The notes beneath the pieces were generated by a model that made no database searches, was not told where the DNA came from, and worked only from the letters and a program-made list of their open reading frames with translations. Of a DNA stretch of 64,000 bases, positions 27,631-37,026 are shown one piece after another. The DNA is from a virus (Duplodnaviria; Caudoviricetes): positions 1 through 64,000 of the IMG/VR virus record IMGVR_UViG_3300048574_000149, one strand, 5' to 3'. A program made the translations under genes and the position numbers. Within the stretch, counting starts at the first letter, position 1; the number at the start of each line of letters is the position of its first letter.

Positions 27631-28568
27631 CAGGCGGCCTTTGCGATCTTGGGTCGAAACGTCTCGATCCACTCCGCGTCGCCGAGGATCGACTTGAACA
27701 GGAGGGTCTCGCAGAGCTTGCGGAACTTCTCCTCGTTGAACAGACCACGCTCCAGTTCGAGCGCGGCCGGCGCCGGACGCAGCGGCGTATTCAGATCCAT
27801 CAGCTTCATGTTGCGATGGTAGTTTTCGAGCTTCTCGGCGTTCTGCCCAAGCTCGCGGTATTTCTTGTGCAGCTTTTCCACGTCGATCGACTTGTCCATC
27901 ACGCCGTTGATGAACGATGCGACCGAGCCGTATTGATTGATGAACTCGATCGCGCCCTTCTCGCCGATGCCGCCGACGCCGGGAATGCCATCCGACACGT
28001 CACCCATCAGGCACTTGATTTCGAGCCAGGCGCGCGCGTCCGGCACGCCGAGCTTCTCGGCAATGTTTGCCGGCGAAATGCGATTGTTGCGGATCGGGTC
28101 GAACCAGGTCACGGAATTGTCGATAAGCTGGATCCAGTCGCGGTCGGCCGAGATCAGTAGCGTGTGCAGCCCTTTGGCTTTGGTCTTTTGAACCATCAAC
28201 GCGGCAAGATCATCGGCCTCATAGTTGAAGGCGAACATCTGCGGAACCGCCAGGTGCTTGAGTGCGGTGCGAATAAACGGCACCTGGGTCTTGAACTGCT
28301 CGCGCAGCTTCGCCTGCTCGATTTCAATCTTGGTCGTCGGCGTCTTGTTGCGGTTCGCCTTGTATTCTGGAAAGTGTTCGTAGCGCCAGGAGCGCCCGTC
28401 CCACAGCACGATCGGCGACAGCATGGGAAAGGTCGCTGCGAGCGGGCGCAACGTGCGAAGAAATCCGTAGATCGCTTGCGTCGGCAAGGTGCCAACCGAC
28501 AGTCGCTGCGCCTGATTTGCGGCGTGAGCGATGTTATTGCCGTCGATAAGGATGACGCCTTTGCTCAT
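27630..28568 (-). CDS. 5'-3' exonuclease / RNase H (FEN family)
   Basis: LIDGNN, WDG, YKANR, YEADD, SADRD, GDVSDGIPGVGGIGEKGA. Confidence 0.92.
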   Translation of the reverse strand: MSKGVILIDGNNIAHAANQAQRLSVGTLPTQAIYGFLRTLRPLAATFPMLSPIVLWDGRSWRYEHFPEYKANRNKTPTTKIEIEQAKLREQFKTQVPFIRTALKHLAVPQMFAFNYEADDLAALMVQKTKAKGLHTLLISADRDWIQLIDNSVTWFDPIRNNRISPANIAEKLGVPDARAWLEIKCLMGDVSDGIPGVGGIGEKGAIEFINQYGSVASFINGVMDKSIDVEKLHKKYRELGQNAEKLENYHRNMKLMDLNTPLRPAPAALELERGLFNEEKFRKLCETLLFKSILGDAEWIETFRPKIAKAA

Positions 28569-28798
28569 GTCTTGACCTTGACCTGCACAACACGATCCCA
28601 GTCGATCGCACCAAGACTTGAGCTATCCGGAATGGTGATCACCCGCACGTCATAGAACTCGTTCAGTTCCATTTCGTAATAGGCACAAAAATATTCGATA
28701 GCCGCGTCGGTTGAGATTGCATTGACGAACAGATCCATATTCTCGCCGTCGCCCGCATTGGTGGCGCAGACCAGATATCGATTGAATCGTTCAGTCAT
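28565..28798 (-). CDS. Hypothetical protein
   Basis: GAGG RBS, coupled ORF. Confidence 0.6.
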   Translation of the reverse strand: MTERFNRYLVCATNAGDGENMDLFVNAISTDAAIEYFCAYYEMELNEFYDVRVITIPDSSSLGAIDWDRVVQVKVKT

Positions 28799-28819
28799 GA
28801 CGACCTCGTGCGGAATGGT

Positions 28820-28858
28820 TGGGTGACGCGCCTTGGAACAACGCGCGTCACCCGTTTT
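28820..28858. terminator. Hairpin downstream of the SSB gene
   Basis: GGGTGACGCGC...GCGCGTCACCC stem; the T-run is on the plus side. Confidence 0.5.
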
Positions 28859-28890
28859 CGACCGAAGAACCGGTTAAGTCCGGTCGAAAC

Positions 28891-29889
28891 TCAACCGAGG
28901 GAGTTCAGCAGAGCATCCACGTCGCTCGTGGAGAGCGATGCGTTGAATGTATCCCCCGCAGGCGCCGGCGCAGCAGAAGCTGCGGGGGCGACGGTAGCAG
29001 CAGCGGCTGGAGCCGGCGCCGCGGGGACCGCTGCAGGGGCAGCAGCAGGAACGGAAACACTGGGCGCTACCGGGGCGACCGGCGGCGCAATCGTAGGCTC
29101 GATCTCGCGAAGAACTTCCTCCTCCAGTGCGGAGGCGGTGACCGGCGCGGCGATTGCCGGACCCGTCAGAGCAGGCGCTCCAGCGGGGGCGGCCAGCGCC
29201 GGACCGGCACTCGGACCAGCGAGAGCCATGCCGGAGAAGTTGCCCATCGCGAGCAGCGCCTTTGTATGATCGCCGCGGAAGTAGTTCGCTTCGATCCACT
29301 GGTCGAGATCGTGGAGCTTCTCGAAGACCGCCGGACTGACCGGGGTTTCGACCGGGGAGGGGATCACCGTGTATTTGGTGTTGAAGCCCTGGCCCGCGCG
29401 CTCGATCACGAAATCACGACCCTTGATCGGATCCAGCACGTTGATACCGTGCGTGACCTCGTATTCTTCCATCATGCCGGCGATCGCGCCCCAGGTCGTC
29501 GGAGTGAGCTCCAGCACCTGCGCCATGTCGCTCTTGCTCGGGCCGTCCTTGATGAGGGCATTGACGAGAACGCCCTTGCCGGCCTTCCAGTCGGCGATCA
29601 TCTTGACTTCGCCGTCGGACACCGCCGCCGCGGAAGCCTTCGCGATTGCCGCACAGATCGGGCAGGGCTCATTCTTGGTTGCGTCGTAGCACCCGACGAC
29701 AGCGACGGGCTTTTCCTTCTCGCCACCCTTGATCCAGTGAACGCCGACCTCGCGCCAGAAGACGCCGGGCGTGGCGAGGATACGGATGGTGGTCTTGCCT
29801 TCCTTCAGCTTCACCGCCTTGGCGTTGTTGCTGTATTTCGTCTTCGCACCCTTCAGGGCTGCGAGCAGTTCAGGCGACATGGTCGTCAT
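28891..29889 (-). CDS. gp32-like single-stranded DNA-binding protein
   Basis: IRIL..., HW, C...CPIC zinc site, DP..GRDF.I.R.GQG..TKY, Ala/Pro linker and short terminal helix. Confidence 0.75.
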   Translation of the reverse strand: MTTMSPELLAALKGAKTKYSNNAKAVKLKEGKTTIRILATPGVFWREVGVHWIKGGEKEKPVAVVGCYDATKNEPCPICAAIAKASAAAVSDGEVKMIADWKAGKGVLVNALIKDGPSKSDMAQVLELTPTTWGAIAGMMEEYEVTHGINVLDPIKGRDFVIERAGQGFNTKYTVIPSPVETPVSPAVFEKLHDLDQWIEANYFRGDHTKALLAMGNFSGMALAGPSAGPALAAPAGAPALTGPAIAAPVTASALEEEVLREIEPTIAPPVAPVAPSVSVPAAAPAAVPAAPAPAAAATVAPAASAAPAPAGDTFNASLSTSDVDALLNSLG

Positions 29890-30019
29890 CTTTGGTCCTT
29901 GATCCTTGGTGACTTGCTGCTTTGGGTTCTTTGTCCTTGCTCCACCGCCAACCAGAGTTAGCGATTTCGCTATTTCGTTAATATAGCAGCTTTTGCACGG
30001 GAGTGATTGGAAATCGAAC

Positions 30020-30033
30020 AGTCAGTTATGACT
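30020..30033. promoter_or_regulatory. AGTCA-N4-TGACT operator (SSB)
   Basis: AGTCA GTTA TGACT upstream of the -10 at 29980-29987. Confidence 0.85.
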
Positions 30034-30044
30034 GGTCGCCATGT

Positions 30045-30416
30045 TCAAAAATGAGACACCTGGATCCGGGCGGATCCGCCCATCCCGATCGCACGCGCGG
30101 CGCCGGCCGACAGATCGATATCCTTGCCGGTCCAGGACGCCGGCCCGCGATCATTCACCACAACCACGACACAGCCGCGATGACAGACCCGAAGCCGGGT
30201 GCCGAGCGGCAGCGTGCGGTGCGCAGCGGTGAGGCCGTTCGGGTTGAATTGCGCGCCGGAGGCGGTGCGCTTGCTCTTGGAGCACTGACCGGGCGCCTTG
30301 CAGTCATACCAGGAGGCCATCATGGTGCCGGCCTGAGCTTCGTTAAGGCCTTTCGGACAGCCACCAACCAATGTGAGACAGCCGAAAGTGGCGAGAAGGG
30401 TAGCGAAACGACGCAT
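30045..30416 (-). CDS. rlpA: RlpA-like (DPBB) lytic transglycosylase lipoprotein
   Basis: ASWY, TASG..F....TAAHRTLPLGT.LRV, VNDRGP, IDLS..AA..IG; signal peptide with Cys. Confidence 0.9.
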   Translation of the reverse strand: MRRFATLLATFGCLTLVGGCPKGLNEAQAGTMMASWYDCKAPGQCSKSKRTASGAQFNPNGLTAAHRTLPLGTRLRVCHRGCVVVVVNDRGPASWTGKDIDLSAGAARAIGMGGSARIQVSHF

Positions 30417-30417
30417 A

Positions 30418-30960
30418 CTAGGTTCCTTGTTGTGTGACACGCTGGCGCAGTCGCTCGACGACGGCAGCATCATTTGCCTCACGCTGGAGGCGGCCCATTG
30501 TGCGCAAATCACCCTCGCGCTCCTGACGCCCATCGGCGCCATGCTGCACGAGCATGTCCTTGCGCTGCTCGAAGGCCTTGACCGCACCTTTGGCGGTGGC
30601 CTCGACCTGCTTTGCGGCGTTCAACGCCCGCTTGACCGCAATGATCGTCGGATCCGCGCGCACGTCGCGCTCGATCTCGGAAACGACGACCTTCTTTTCC
30701 TCGGCGACCAGGGCGTCGCGAATCTTGCGAAACGCCTTCGCCTCCTGAACCTCCAGGACCAGCTCGATATCGTCGACCTGGCGCGAGCATCTTGCCAGCA
30801 GCTCGGTGTAATGCGCGTGCAAGCCCGCCTGATGCATCATCGCGTCCGACAGATTCGTCAGCGAATAGGCCAGATCCGCTTTCAGCTTGTCCGGATCGAT
30901 GTGATTCTTGACGGCAACGGTGGTTACCGGCGCTGCTGCGAGGACGGGCGTTTCGCTCAT
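30418..30960 (-). CDS. UvsY-like helical recombination mediator (putative)
   Basis: All-helical, AFEQRKDML motif, located between dnaE and SSB. Confidence 0.5.
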   Translation of the reverse strand: MSETPVLAAAPVTTVAVKNHIDPDKLKADLAYSLTNLSDAMMHQAGLHAHYTELLARCSRQVDDIELVLEVQEAKAFRKIRDALVAEEKKVVVSEIERDVRADPTIIAVKRALNAAKQVEATAKGAVKAFEQRKDMLVQHGADGRQEREGDLRTMGRLQREANDAAVVERLRQRVTQQGT

Positions 30961-30974
30961 GACGGGTCTCGGAA

Positions 30975-30988
30975 AGTCAGTTCTGACT
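30975..30988. promoter_or_regulatory. AGTCA-N4-TGACT operator
   Basis: AGTCA GTTC TGACT next to GCTATATT. Confidence 0.85.
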
Positions 30989-31007
30989 GACAATATAGCG
31001 CGAAAAA

Positions 31008-34000
31008 TCAGGCAGCGATCAGGGACGCGACGGCGAGAAAGACCTCGTTCATCGGCACCTGCTTTTCGGCGTCATGATAGATTTCGCCTGGATTGAAGCC
31101 GATGACCAAATTGACATCCAAGTCCTTGTTATAAAAGACCTTTCCGGCGGAATCTGACGCCTTGCCCTTCAGATCGGGCAGGAAGTGGCGTACCACCTGG
31201 GAGCCGAGCAGGACGATCGCCGGCGGCTTCAACACCTCGATCTCGCGTTGCAGATAGGGCAGGTAGGTCGCGCTCTCGGCCGCGGAGACCTGCTTGCCTT
31301 CCTTTGGGCGCTTGATCATCGAGGTCCAATAGGCGTCGTTGCGCGACAGACCGGCGGCTTGCAGCGCCTGCGCGACGTTCTGAAAGCTGTCCGACAAAGT
31401 GAGCTGACCATTGCGATCTTCGCCGTTCGTCGGCGCGTCGCTGATCACCATGAATTTCCCCTCCTTGCCCCAGAGAGGGTTGATCGGCATACCATCATTC
31501 TGGTGCTTGGTCTTGTATTCGGCGACGATCATCGCCACCGCCTTCTTGGTCTCCGGATCCGTGTGCATGTCGCGCTTGACCGGCACCAGGCTCGAAATCA
31601 GCCCAGGGATCAACTCGCGCTGATCCTTGATCCGATCGGGGTGATCGGGCGCGATTTGACCAGGCTCGATCCGCGCGAAGGCGCCGATCGCATCGAGCTT
31701 GGTCTGGTGCCCGATATTGCAACGACGCTTCTCGACCCGCGCCAGGAAGTCGGCCTTGTCCTTGAAGGGACCCGCCGCTCGCGCTTCCAGGATCGCCTTC
31801 GTCGTGTTGTCGCCGATCCCCTTGACGCGCCCGAACGGAATGCAGAGCGTCGTGGAATTGAGGATCTCGAACTCGGAAGACGAGACGTTGATATCCGGCG
31901 GGCTCACGGTGATGCCGAAATCGTTGGCATCCTTGAGAATGCCCGGCAACTTGTCCTCTTTCAGAAGCGACAAGGTCGCGGCATAGAACTCGACCGGGAA
32001 ATAGGTCTTGAGATACATCGCCTGATAGGAGATTAGCGCGTATTCGACCGAGTGCGACTTGTTGAAGCCGTAGCCGGCGAAGCCCTCGATCTTGTCGAAC
32101 AGGTCGCCCGCCCAGGCTTCGGTCGCGCCGACCGTCTTGACGCAGCCCTCGACGAACTTGCCGCGCTCCTTCTTCATTTCTTCGGGCAGCTTCTTGCCCA
32201 TGATCTTGCGCAGCTTGTCGGCGTCGGGGGCGCTGTAGCCCGCGATCGTCCGCGACACCTGCATGACCTGTTCCTGATAGACCATCACGCCGAAGGTGGG
32301 TTTCAGGATCGGCTCCATCAGCGGGTGATCGTAATCGACCGTCTCGACGCCCTGCTTGCGGCGCCAATAGCTGTCCATCATCCCCGATTCCATCGGACCC
32401 GGACGATAGAGCGCGGTCGCCGCGGTGATATCGTCGAAGGAGATCACGCCATCCTTGCCGAGCTCCTTGAGCAGGCGCCGCATGCCGCCGCCGTCGAACT
32501 GAAAGATGCCGGTGGTGTTGGCCTTGGCGAAATTGTCGAGCACCTTCTTGTCGTCGAGCGGAATCTGCCACAGATCGGGCGCGGTCGAGTGCATCTTGCG
32601 GATATAGCGCAGCGCCAGGTCGATCACGTCCAGTGTTTCAAGCGACAGCACGTCGACCTTGACCAGACCCTGATCCTCGATCGTGCGCTTGTCCCAGTTG
32701 ATCGCCGGAAAATCCTTGCGCCGCTCGATTACGCCGCGTTCGACAAGATCGCAGCCTCCAACCACGATACCGGCGGCGTGCGAGCCGAATGACGCGATGG
32801 ATCCTTCAAGACGTAAAGCGACGTTCCACACTGCCGGGTGGGCGTCGCGATAAGCTCCGATCTCCGGGACAACGTCAGCCGCCTTGGCCAGCGGTATATT
32901 TTGTCCATGCAGCTTGGGGACAAATTTAGAGCAGCCATAATCGCGGTCGTCTTGCCCGAACGCCTTGCCGACTGAGCGAATGGCTGCTGCGGTCGCAAGC
33001 GTGTTAAAATTGGAGACGCCAGAAACGCGCGCTGCGCCATACTTGCCGACGACATACTGGATGACCTCGCCGGTCCTTGCAGACATGAAATCCAGGTCGA
33101 TGTCGGGAAGGTCGATGCGGTCCGGGTTAATGAACCGCTCAAAGAGAAGTCCAAATCGAAGCGGGTCACAGTCGGTGATGCCCATGAGATACGCAATGAG
33201 GGAGCCGCCGACAGAACCACGTCCAGGGCCGACAAGGATGCCGTTCGATTTCGCATAGCGCACGATGTCCTGCACGAGAAGGAAATAGCCGGAGAAGCCG
33301 AGTTTCTGAATGACGCCCAGCTCGTATTGCAGGCGCGGCATATAGACATCGCGCAATTCGTCGGCCGACGGCTGGTGGCCGAAGGTGGTCTTGTAGAGAC
33401 GCTCCTTGAAGCCCTTGCGGCATTCCTCGACCAGCGCCTTGTATTCATCGGGCGCCATGATCGGCAGCGACACCTTCTGTTTCGACCAACAATACGTGAC
33501 CTTGTCGGCGATCACCGCGGTATTACGCAGACCCTTGCCGAAGCAGGGCGACGCCGGCAGACCGCTGACGGATCCGCCGCGGCGGCGCTCGATGCGCTCG
33601 GCCGCCTCCTTGCAAGCGGTGACCATTTCCGCGGCGTCGAGAGGGTAGAGATCGCGATATTGCGGCTTTGGGCACCAGGTCGACAGCAGCGGCTCGTTGT
33701 CGGCGATCGCGCGCATGACCATGTTGGCGTCGGCCGGATGCGCGCCGGTGCCGTCGTGCCGCGGATAACAGATGGGCCGGGTGACCAGCAATTCGAGCCC
33801 CGCGGCGCGCGAGGCGTAATCGATGGCAATTTCGTTGATGCGGTCGAAGTAGGGAGTGTTGACCGGCACCAGGCTCAGATAGACGCCGGCGCCGCCGAGC
33901 GCGATGCGAAGCATGGCGAGCTGATCGAGCGCCTGCGGGTGATGCAGGTAGCCGTTGATATCGCCCGACGCAAAGGCGAGGTCGTTCGCGTCTAAGCTCT

Positions 34001-34397
34001 CCGTGCGGATCTCGTTGAAGATATCGCCCATCGACAGCTTGGCGTCGAAATAGAAGCGATCCTCGGAATTGGCGAGGGTGAGCAGGCGCAGCAGCGCCTT
34101 CATGCCCTTCTCGGACAGGACGTAGCAGGTCAGGAAATATTCAGGCGGGCGCTTCTTGTCCTCTTTGGTCTTGCGCCAGGTCGGATCGTCGACGATCCGC
34201 AGCCGGGTGCCAATGATCGGCTTCACACCGGCTTTCTTGCAGCGATTGGTGAAATCGATCATTGAGGTCACCGACATGGTGTCGGTTACTGCGATCACCG
34301 ATGCGCCGGCGGCTTTCGCCTTGTCGACAAGGTCGTCGACCGAAAAGATCGATTCGCCGACAGAGTATTCGGTGCGCGCTGCGAAAACGGTGTGCAT
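31008..34397 (-). CDS. dnaE: DNA polymerase III alpha subunit with C-terminal UDG-like domain
   Basis: GPGRGS, FERFINPDR..LPDIDLDF, HAAG, KVDVL, ALYRPGP, YQEQ, YGFNKSH; degenerate PHP N-terminus. Confidence 0.95.
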   Translation of the reverse strand: MHTVFAARTEYSVGESIFSVDDLVDKAKAAGASVIAVTDTMSVTSMIDFTNRCKKAGVKPIIGTRLRIVDDPTWRKTKEDKKRPPEYFLTCYVLSEKGMKALLRLLTLANSEDRFYFDAKLSMGDIFNEIRTESLDANDLAFASGDINGYLHHPQALDQLAMLRIALGGAGVYLSLVPVNTPYFDRINEIAIDYASRAAGLELLVTRPICYPRHDGTGAHPADANMVMRAIADNEPLLSTWCPKPQYRDLYPLDAAEMVTACKEAAERIERRRGGSVSGLPASPCFGKGLRNTAVIADKVTYCWSKQKVSLPIMAPDEYKALVEECRKGFKERLYKTTFGHQPSADELRDVYMPRLQYELGVIQKLGFSGYFLLVQDIVRYAKSNGILVGPGRGSVGGSLIAYLMGITDCDPLRFGLLFERFINPDRIDLPDIDLDFMSARTGEVIQYVVGKYGAARVSGVSNFNTLATAAAIRSVGKAFGQDDRDYGCSKFVPKLHGQNIPLAKAADVVPEIGAYRDAHPAVWNVALRLEGSIASFGSHAAGIVVGGCDLVERGVIERRKDFPAINWDKRTIEDQGLVKVDVLSLETLDVIDLALRYIRKMHSTAPDLWQIPLDDKKVLDNFAKANTTGIFQFDGGGMRRLLKELGKDGVISFDDITAATALYRPGPMESGMMDSYWRRKQGVETVDYDHPLMEPILKPTFGVMVYQEQVMQVSRTIAGYSAPDADKLRKIMGKKLPEEMKKERGKFVEGCVKTVGATEAWAGDLFDKIEGFAGYGFNKSHSVEYALISYQAMYLKTYFPVEFYAATLSLLKEDKLPGILKDANDFGITVSPPDINVSSSEFEILNSTTLCIPFGRVKGIGDNTTKAILEARAAGPFKDKADFLARVEKRRCNIGHQTKLDAIGAFARIEPGQIAPDHPDRIKDQRELIPGLISSLVPVKRDMHTDPETKKAVAMIVAEYKTKHQNDGMPINPLWGKEGKFMVISDAPTNGEDRNGQLTLSDSFQNVAQALQAAGLSRNDAYWTSMIKRPKEGKQVSAAESATYLPYLQREIEVLKPPAIVLLGSQVVRHFLPDLKGKASDSAGKVFYNKDLDVNLVIGFNPGEIYHDAEKQVPMNEVFLAVASLIAA

Positions 34398-34498
34398 CAA
34401 TCAGCCTTCAAATTGTAGATGGTGACGCGGCGCTGCACTGCGTTGTTGCCGAAATACAGCGTGATGGAATTGACCGGGACGAAATCCGCCTCGATCAC
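34397..34498 (-). CDS. 33-aa peptide
   Basis: GTG start overlapping the upstream TGA; stop overlaps the dnaE start. Confidence 0.4.
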   Translation of the reverse strand: MIEADFVPVNSITLYFGNNAVQRRVTIYNLKAD

Positions 34499-34608
34499 AG
34501 GTACAACGCCACCAAACAGAAGATGACCAGGAACGTGCCGGCGGCGATCGGATCGCGCGCCAGGAGCGACAGCAGCGCCAGAACTCCCAGCGGGATCAGC
34601 ACGGTCAT
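34495..34608 (-). CDS. 37-aa 2-TM peptide
   Basis: Manual translation MTVLIPLGVLALLSLLARDPIAAGTFLVIFCLVALYL; TGATG coupling. Confidence 0.55.
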   Translation of the reverse strand: MTVLIPLGVLALLSLLARDPIAAGTFLVIFCLVALYL

Positions 34609-35111
34609 CAGAGGATCCGAAGGACATGGTCGTCCTCCCGCGTTGCGCCGAGCGCGCCGAGCGTCTGCACCGCCTGCAACACATGCGCGCTTGCGGTCTG
34701 TTCAGCGTGATCGAGGGTTTTCTGAAAGGCGTATTTCAGCAGGTTGCGATGAACGCCCAGCGGGTTGCGCAACAGCAGATGACAGGTGATTTTCAGGAAC
34801 CTGGGCCGATCGGAGAAAGGATTTCGACCCTCGTGAAGGTTTTTCGCAACCATCAGTCCGGCGCCCTGAATTTGCGCGACGAGCGCCGAGACCTTCTTCG
34901 GCAGCATCGCTTCGATGGGACTCGCGGGCTTCGGCGCTGGCTTCGCGATCGGTTTAATACCGAGCTGAACGCGCACCTCCTCGATGCGCGTTGCAGAAAG
35001 CGGGCCGCATTCGGCGGCAAACTGACAGGTGTCGCAGACCTGGGTTCCCGGCTGATAGACCATACCCATGCCGAAACAGCCGGGTGCCAGATCAAGCGAT
35101 GGTTTCGTCAT
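34608..35111 (-). CDS. Hypothetical protein (N-terminal Cys cluster, possible winged-helix C-terminus)
   Basis: PGCFG...CDTC...C. Confidence 0.7.
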   Translation of the reverse strand: MTKPSLDLAPGCFGMGMVYQPGTQVCDTCQFAAECGPLSATRIEEVRVQLGIKPIAKPAPKPASPIEAMLPKKVSALVAQIQGAGLMVAKNLHEGRNPFSDRPRFLKITCHLLLRNPLGVHRNLLKYAFQKTLDHAEQTASAHVLQAVQTLGALGATREDDHVLRIL

Positions 35112-35773
35112 TGCTGACTGAACTCCTCGGTGGCTCTTTTGATTTCCGCGTGGATCGCGTGACGCTCCGAGACGTTGCAGCCGAGCACCTCGAAGACCAT
35201 CGAGGCGCTGACCGACTTGGAGACCGGAGAGACCGGCAAACCCCGCTCGCGCGCGAAATCGGCGCGCTTGCGCATACCGATGTGAATCTCCACCAGCTCC
35301 TCGGGCGGATTGGCCAGGAGCTGTAGAAACTGCCTGGTCCGCTCGGACAGTGACCAGCCGAACCAGTCTTCCCAGCGCTTCGGGTTGTCCAGAAAGTCTC
35401 GTTGATCTGCCGCGATCAGCGCTTCCTCGGGCGACATGCCCGCCGGATCGGCCGCCACCTCGTGCAGAGTGCCGTCGTCGACATCACCCATCGGGGCGTC
35501 AAGATCGAACGGAGCGATCAGCCGCTGGCGAACCTCATAATTCGCCCAGCGATTGATGTGCTGATGCATGCCGCGCGCGAGATACGCCCCGAACGGCACG
35601 CCGTGTTCCTGCGACCACAGGTCACGAGCCTTGCAATAGGCGATCACCAGCTCGTTGACGATATCCTCAAGCTGAACTGTTTTGGCGCCGGCGGCTTGCA
35701 GCCGTCGATGCACTCGCCAGGCGAAGTGATCGATCAGCCGCTTGTAGTCCTCAAACCGGACCTGTGCTGCCAT
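35108..35773 (-). CDS. Sigma-70 region-2-like transcription factor
   Basis: LEDIVNEL..AYCKA...W....GVPFGAYL, LDAPMGD..TLHE...PEE pattern. Confidence 0.65.
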   Translation of the reverse strand: MAAQVRFEDYKRLIDHFAWRVHRRLQAAGAKTVQLEDIVNELVIAYCKARDLWSQEHGVPFGAYLARGMHQHINRWANYEVRQRLIAPFDLDAPMGDVDDGTLHEVAADPAGMSPEEALIAADQRDFLDNPKRWEDWFGWSLSERTRQFLQLLANPPEELVEIHIGMRKRADFARERGLPVSPVSKSVSASMVFEVLGCNVSERHAIHAEIKRATEEFSQQ

Positions 35774-36963
35774 CAGTGACCCCCAAAAACTCTCTGGGCA
35801 TACTGATCGGCAAGCTCGCGATCGGTCGGCGACAGGCGATTGATGAATGCCTTGCGCAGACCCTCGCGATAGTCACCGGCCTTGACCGCGCCGAGAACAC
35901 CGGCGGTGATCAGTTCGCGGGGCGAGGGCAGGAGACTCATTTGCCCACCGGCATATGCCTTGCGGCATTCGGTGCCGAAATTGACGAGCTTTTTGGCTTC
36001 GTCCATCCGGATGCCGGCCTGACCCGCAACGATCGCCGCTTCGATATCCGGAGCCGGGTATTCGACCCGTTCGGTGATCTTGAAGCGGCTGTAATTCGCG
36101 GAGTTCTGAACCTGGGTGCCCTGATAGAGCCCAGTGTCGTCGCCGGCGCCGTTGGTGTTGCCGGTCGCGAAGATGCGGAAATTCGGGTGCGGGTGAACCA
36201 CGCGCGCTTCCGGCGGCGCGTCCTTGATATAGAGCGCCTTGCCTTCGAGCACAGGCTGATAGAGCGACAGCACCGACGGCATCGCATAGTCGTATTCGTC
36301 GGCGCAGAACACGTAGCCCTTCTGCATCGCAATCGGCAGCGGGCCGGGATTGAAGACGGTATTGCCGCCCTTCACCGCCCATTGCCCGAGAACATGGGCT
36401 TCTTCGGTGTTGATGGTGTGCTGCAGGCGCAGGAACGGCCGATTGAGCCTGGCGCAGACCTGCTCGAAACAGGTGGTCTTGCCGGAGCCGTGAAAGCCCC
36501 AGAACAGCATCGGCATGTTGAGGGTGAGCCCGATGATGACCGACTTGGTCAGCTCGATATTGAACACGTAGTTCGGGTCGATCTTCGGGATGAAAGCCGC
36601 GTCCTCCGGATCCATCTTGGAGGGATCGGCGACGATCACCTTGATCGGATGCTTGCGTGCGTTGAGGGTCTTCTCGACGGGGAAGCCGAATACGTCGGCC
36701 ATATTGCGTTCTTCGCCGTCGATCACCGCGATGCCTTTCTTTTCTTCTTCCATCCGGCGCGCGCGAATCTGCGCGTCTGCGCTCGGTGAAAGCAGCGGAG
36801 CGTCAGGATATTTCTCCTGATAAGCCGCGAGAGCCTTCTTAACCTCGGCGTCAGACCAGGTCGGATTGGTCTTCTTGAGGTGGACGAAAATGGAATGAAC
36901 GAGTGCCCCGTCAAGCTCGCACTTGATCTTGCCACTGGGGTCGGTGGTTACTGCCGTCGTCAT
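35773..36963 (-). CDS. MoxR/CobS-type AAA+ ATPase
   Basis: GFHGSGKTT, CADEYD, HPNFRIFATGNT.G.GD, SRF, SPR. Confidence 0.9.
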   Translation of the reverse strand: MTTAVTTDPSGKIKCELDGALVHSIFVHLKKTNPTWSDAEVKKALAAYQEKYPDAPLLSPSADAQIRARRMEEEKKGIAVIDGEERNMADVFGFPVEKTLNARKHPIKVIVADPSKMDPEDAAFIPKIDPNYVFNIELTKSVIIGLTLNMPMLFWGFHGSGKTTCFEQVCARLNRPFLRLQHTINTEEAHVLGQWAVKGGNTVFNPGPLPIAMQKGYVFCADEYDYAMPSVLSLYQPVLEGKALYIKDAPPEARVVHPHPNFRIFATGNTNGAGDDTGLYQGTQVQNSANYSRFKITERVEYPAPDIEAAIVAGQAGIRMDEAKKLVNFGTECRKAYAGGQMSLLPSPRELITAGVLGAVKAGDYREGLRKAFINRLSPTDRELADQYAQRVFGGH

Positions 36964-37026
36964 GTCGCTCCTCTCTATGTGCGCTGTGTTCGCACGTCTA
37001 ACTTAGACATCACGCGACGGGATGCA

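Noticed and set aside
31008-34397. Intein or intron in dnaE (also checked by eye in nrdJ, recA and the helicase)
   Set aside because: The frames are continuous, lengths are ordinary, and no intein terminal or LAGLIDADG motifs were seen.
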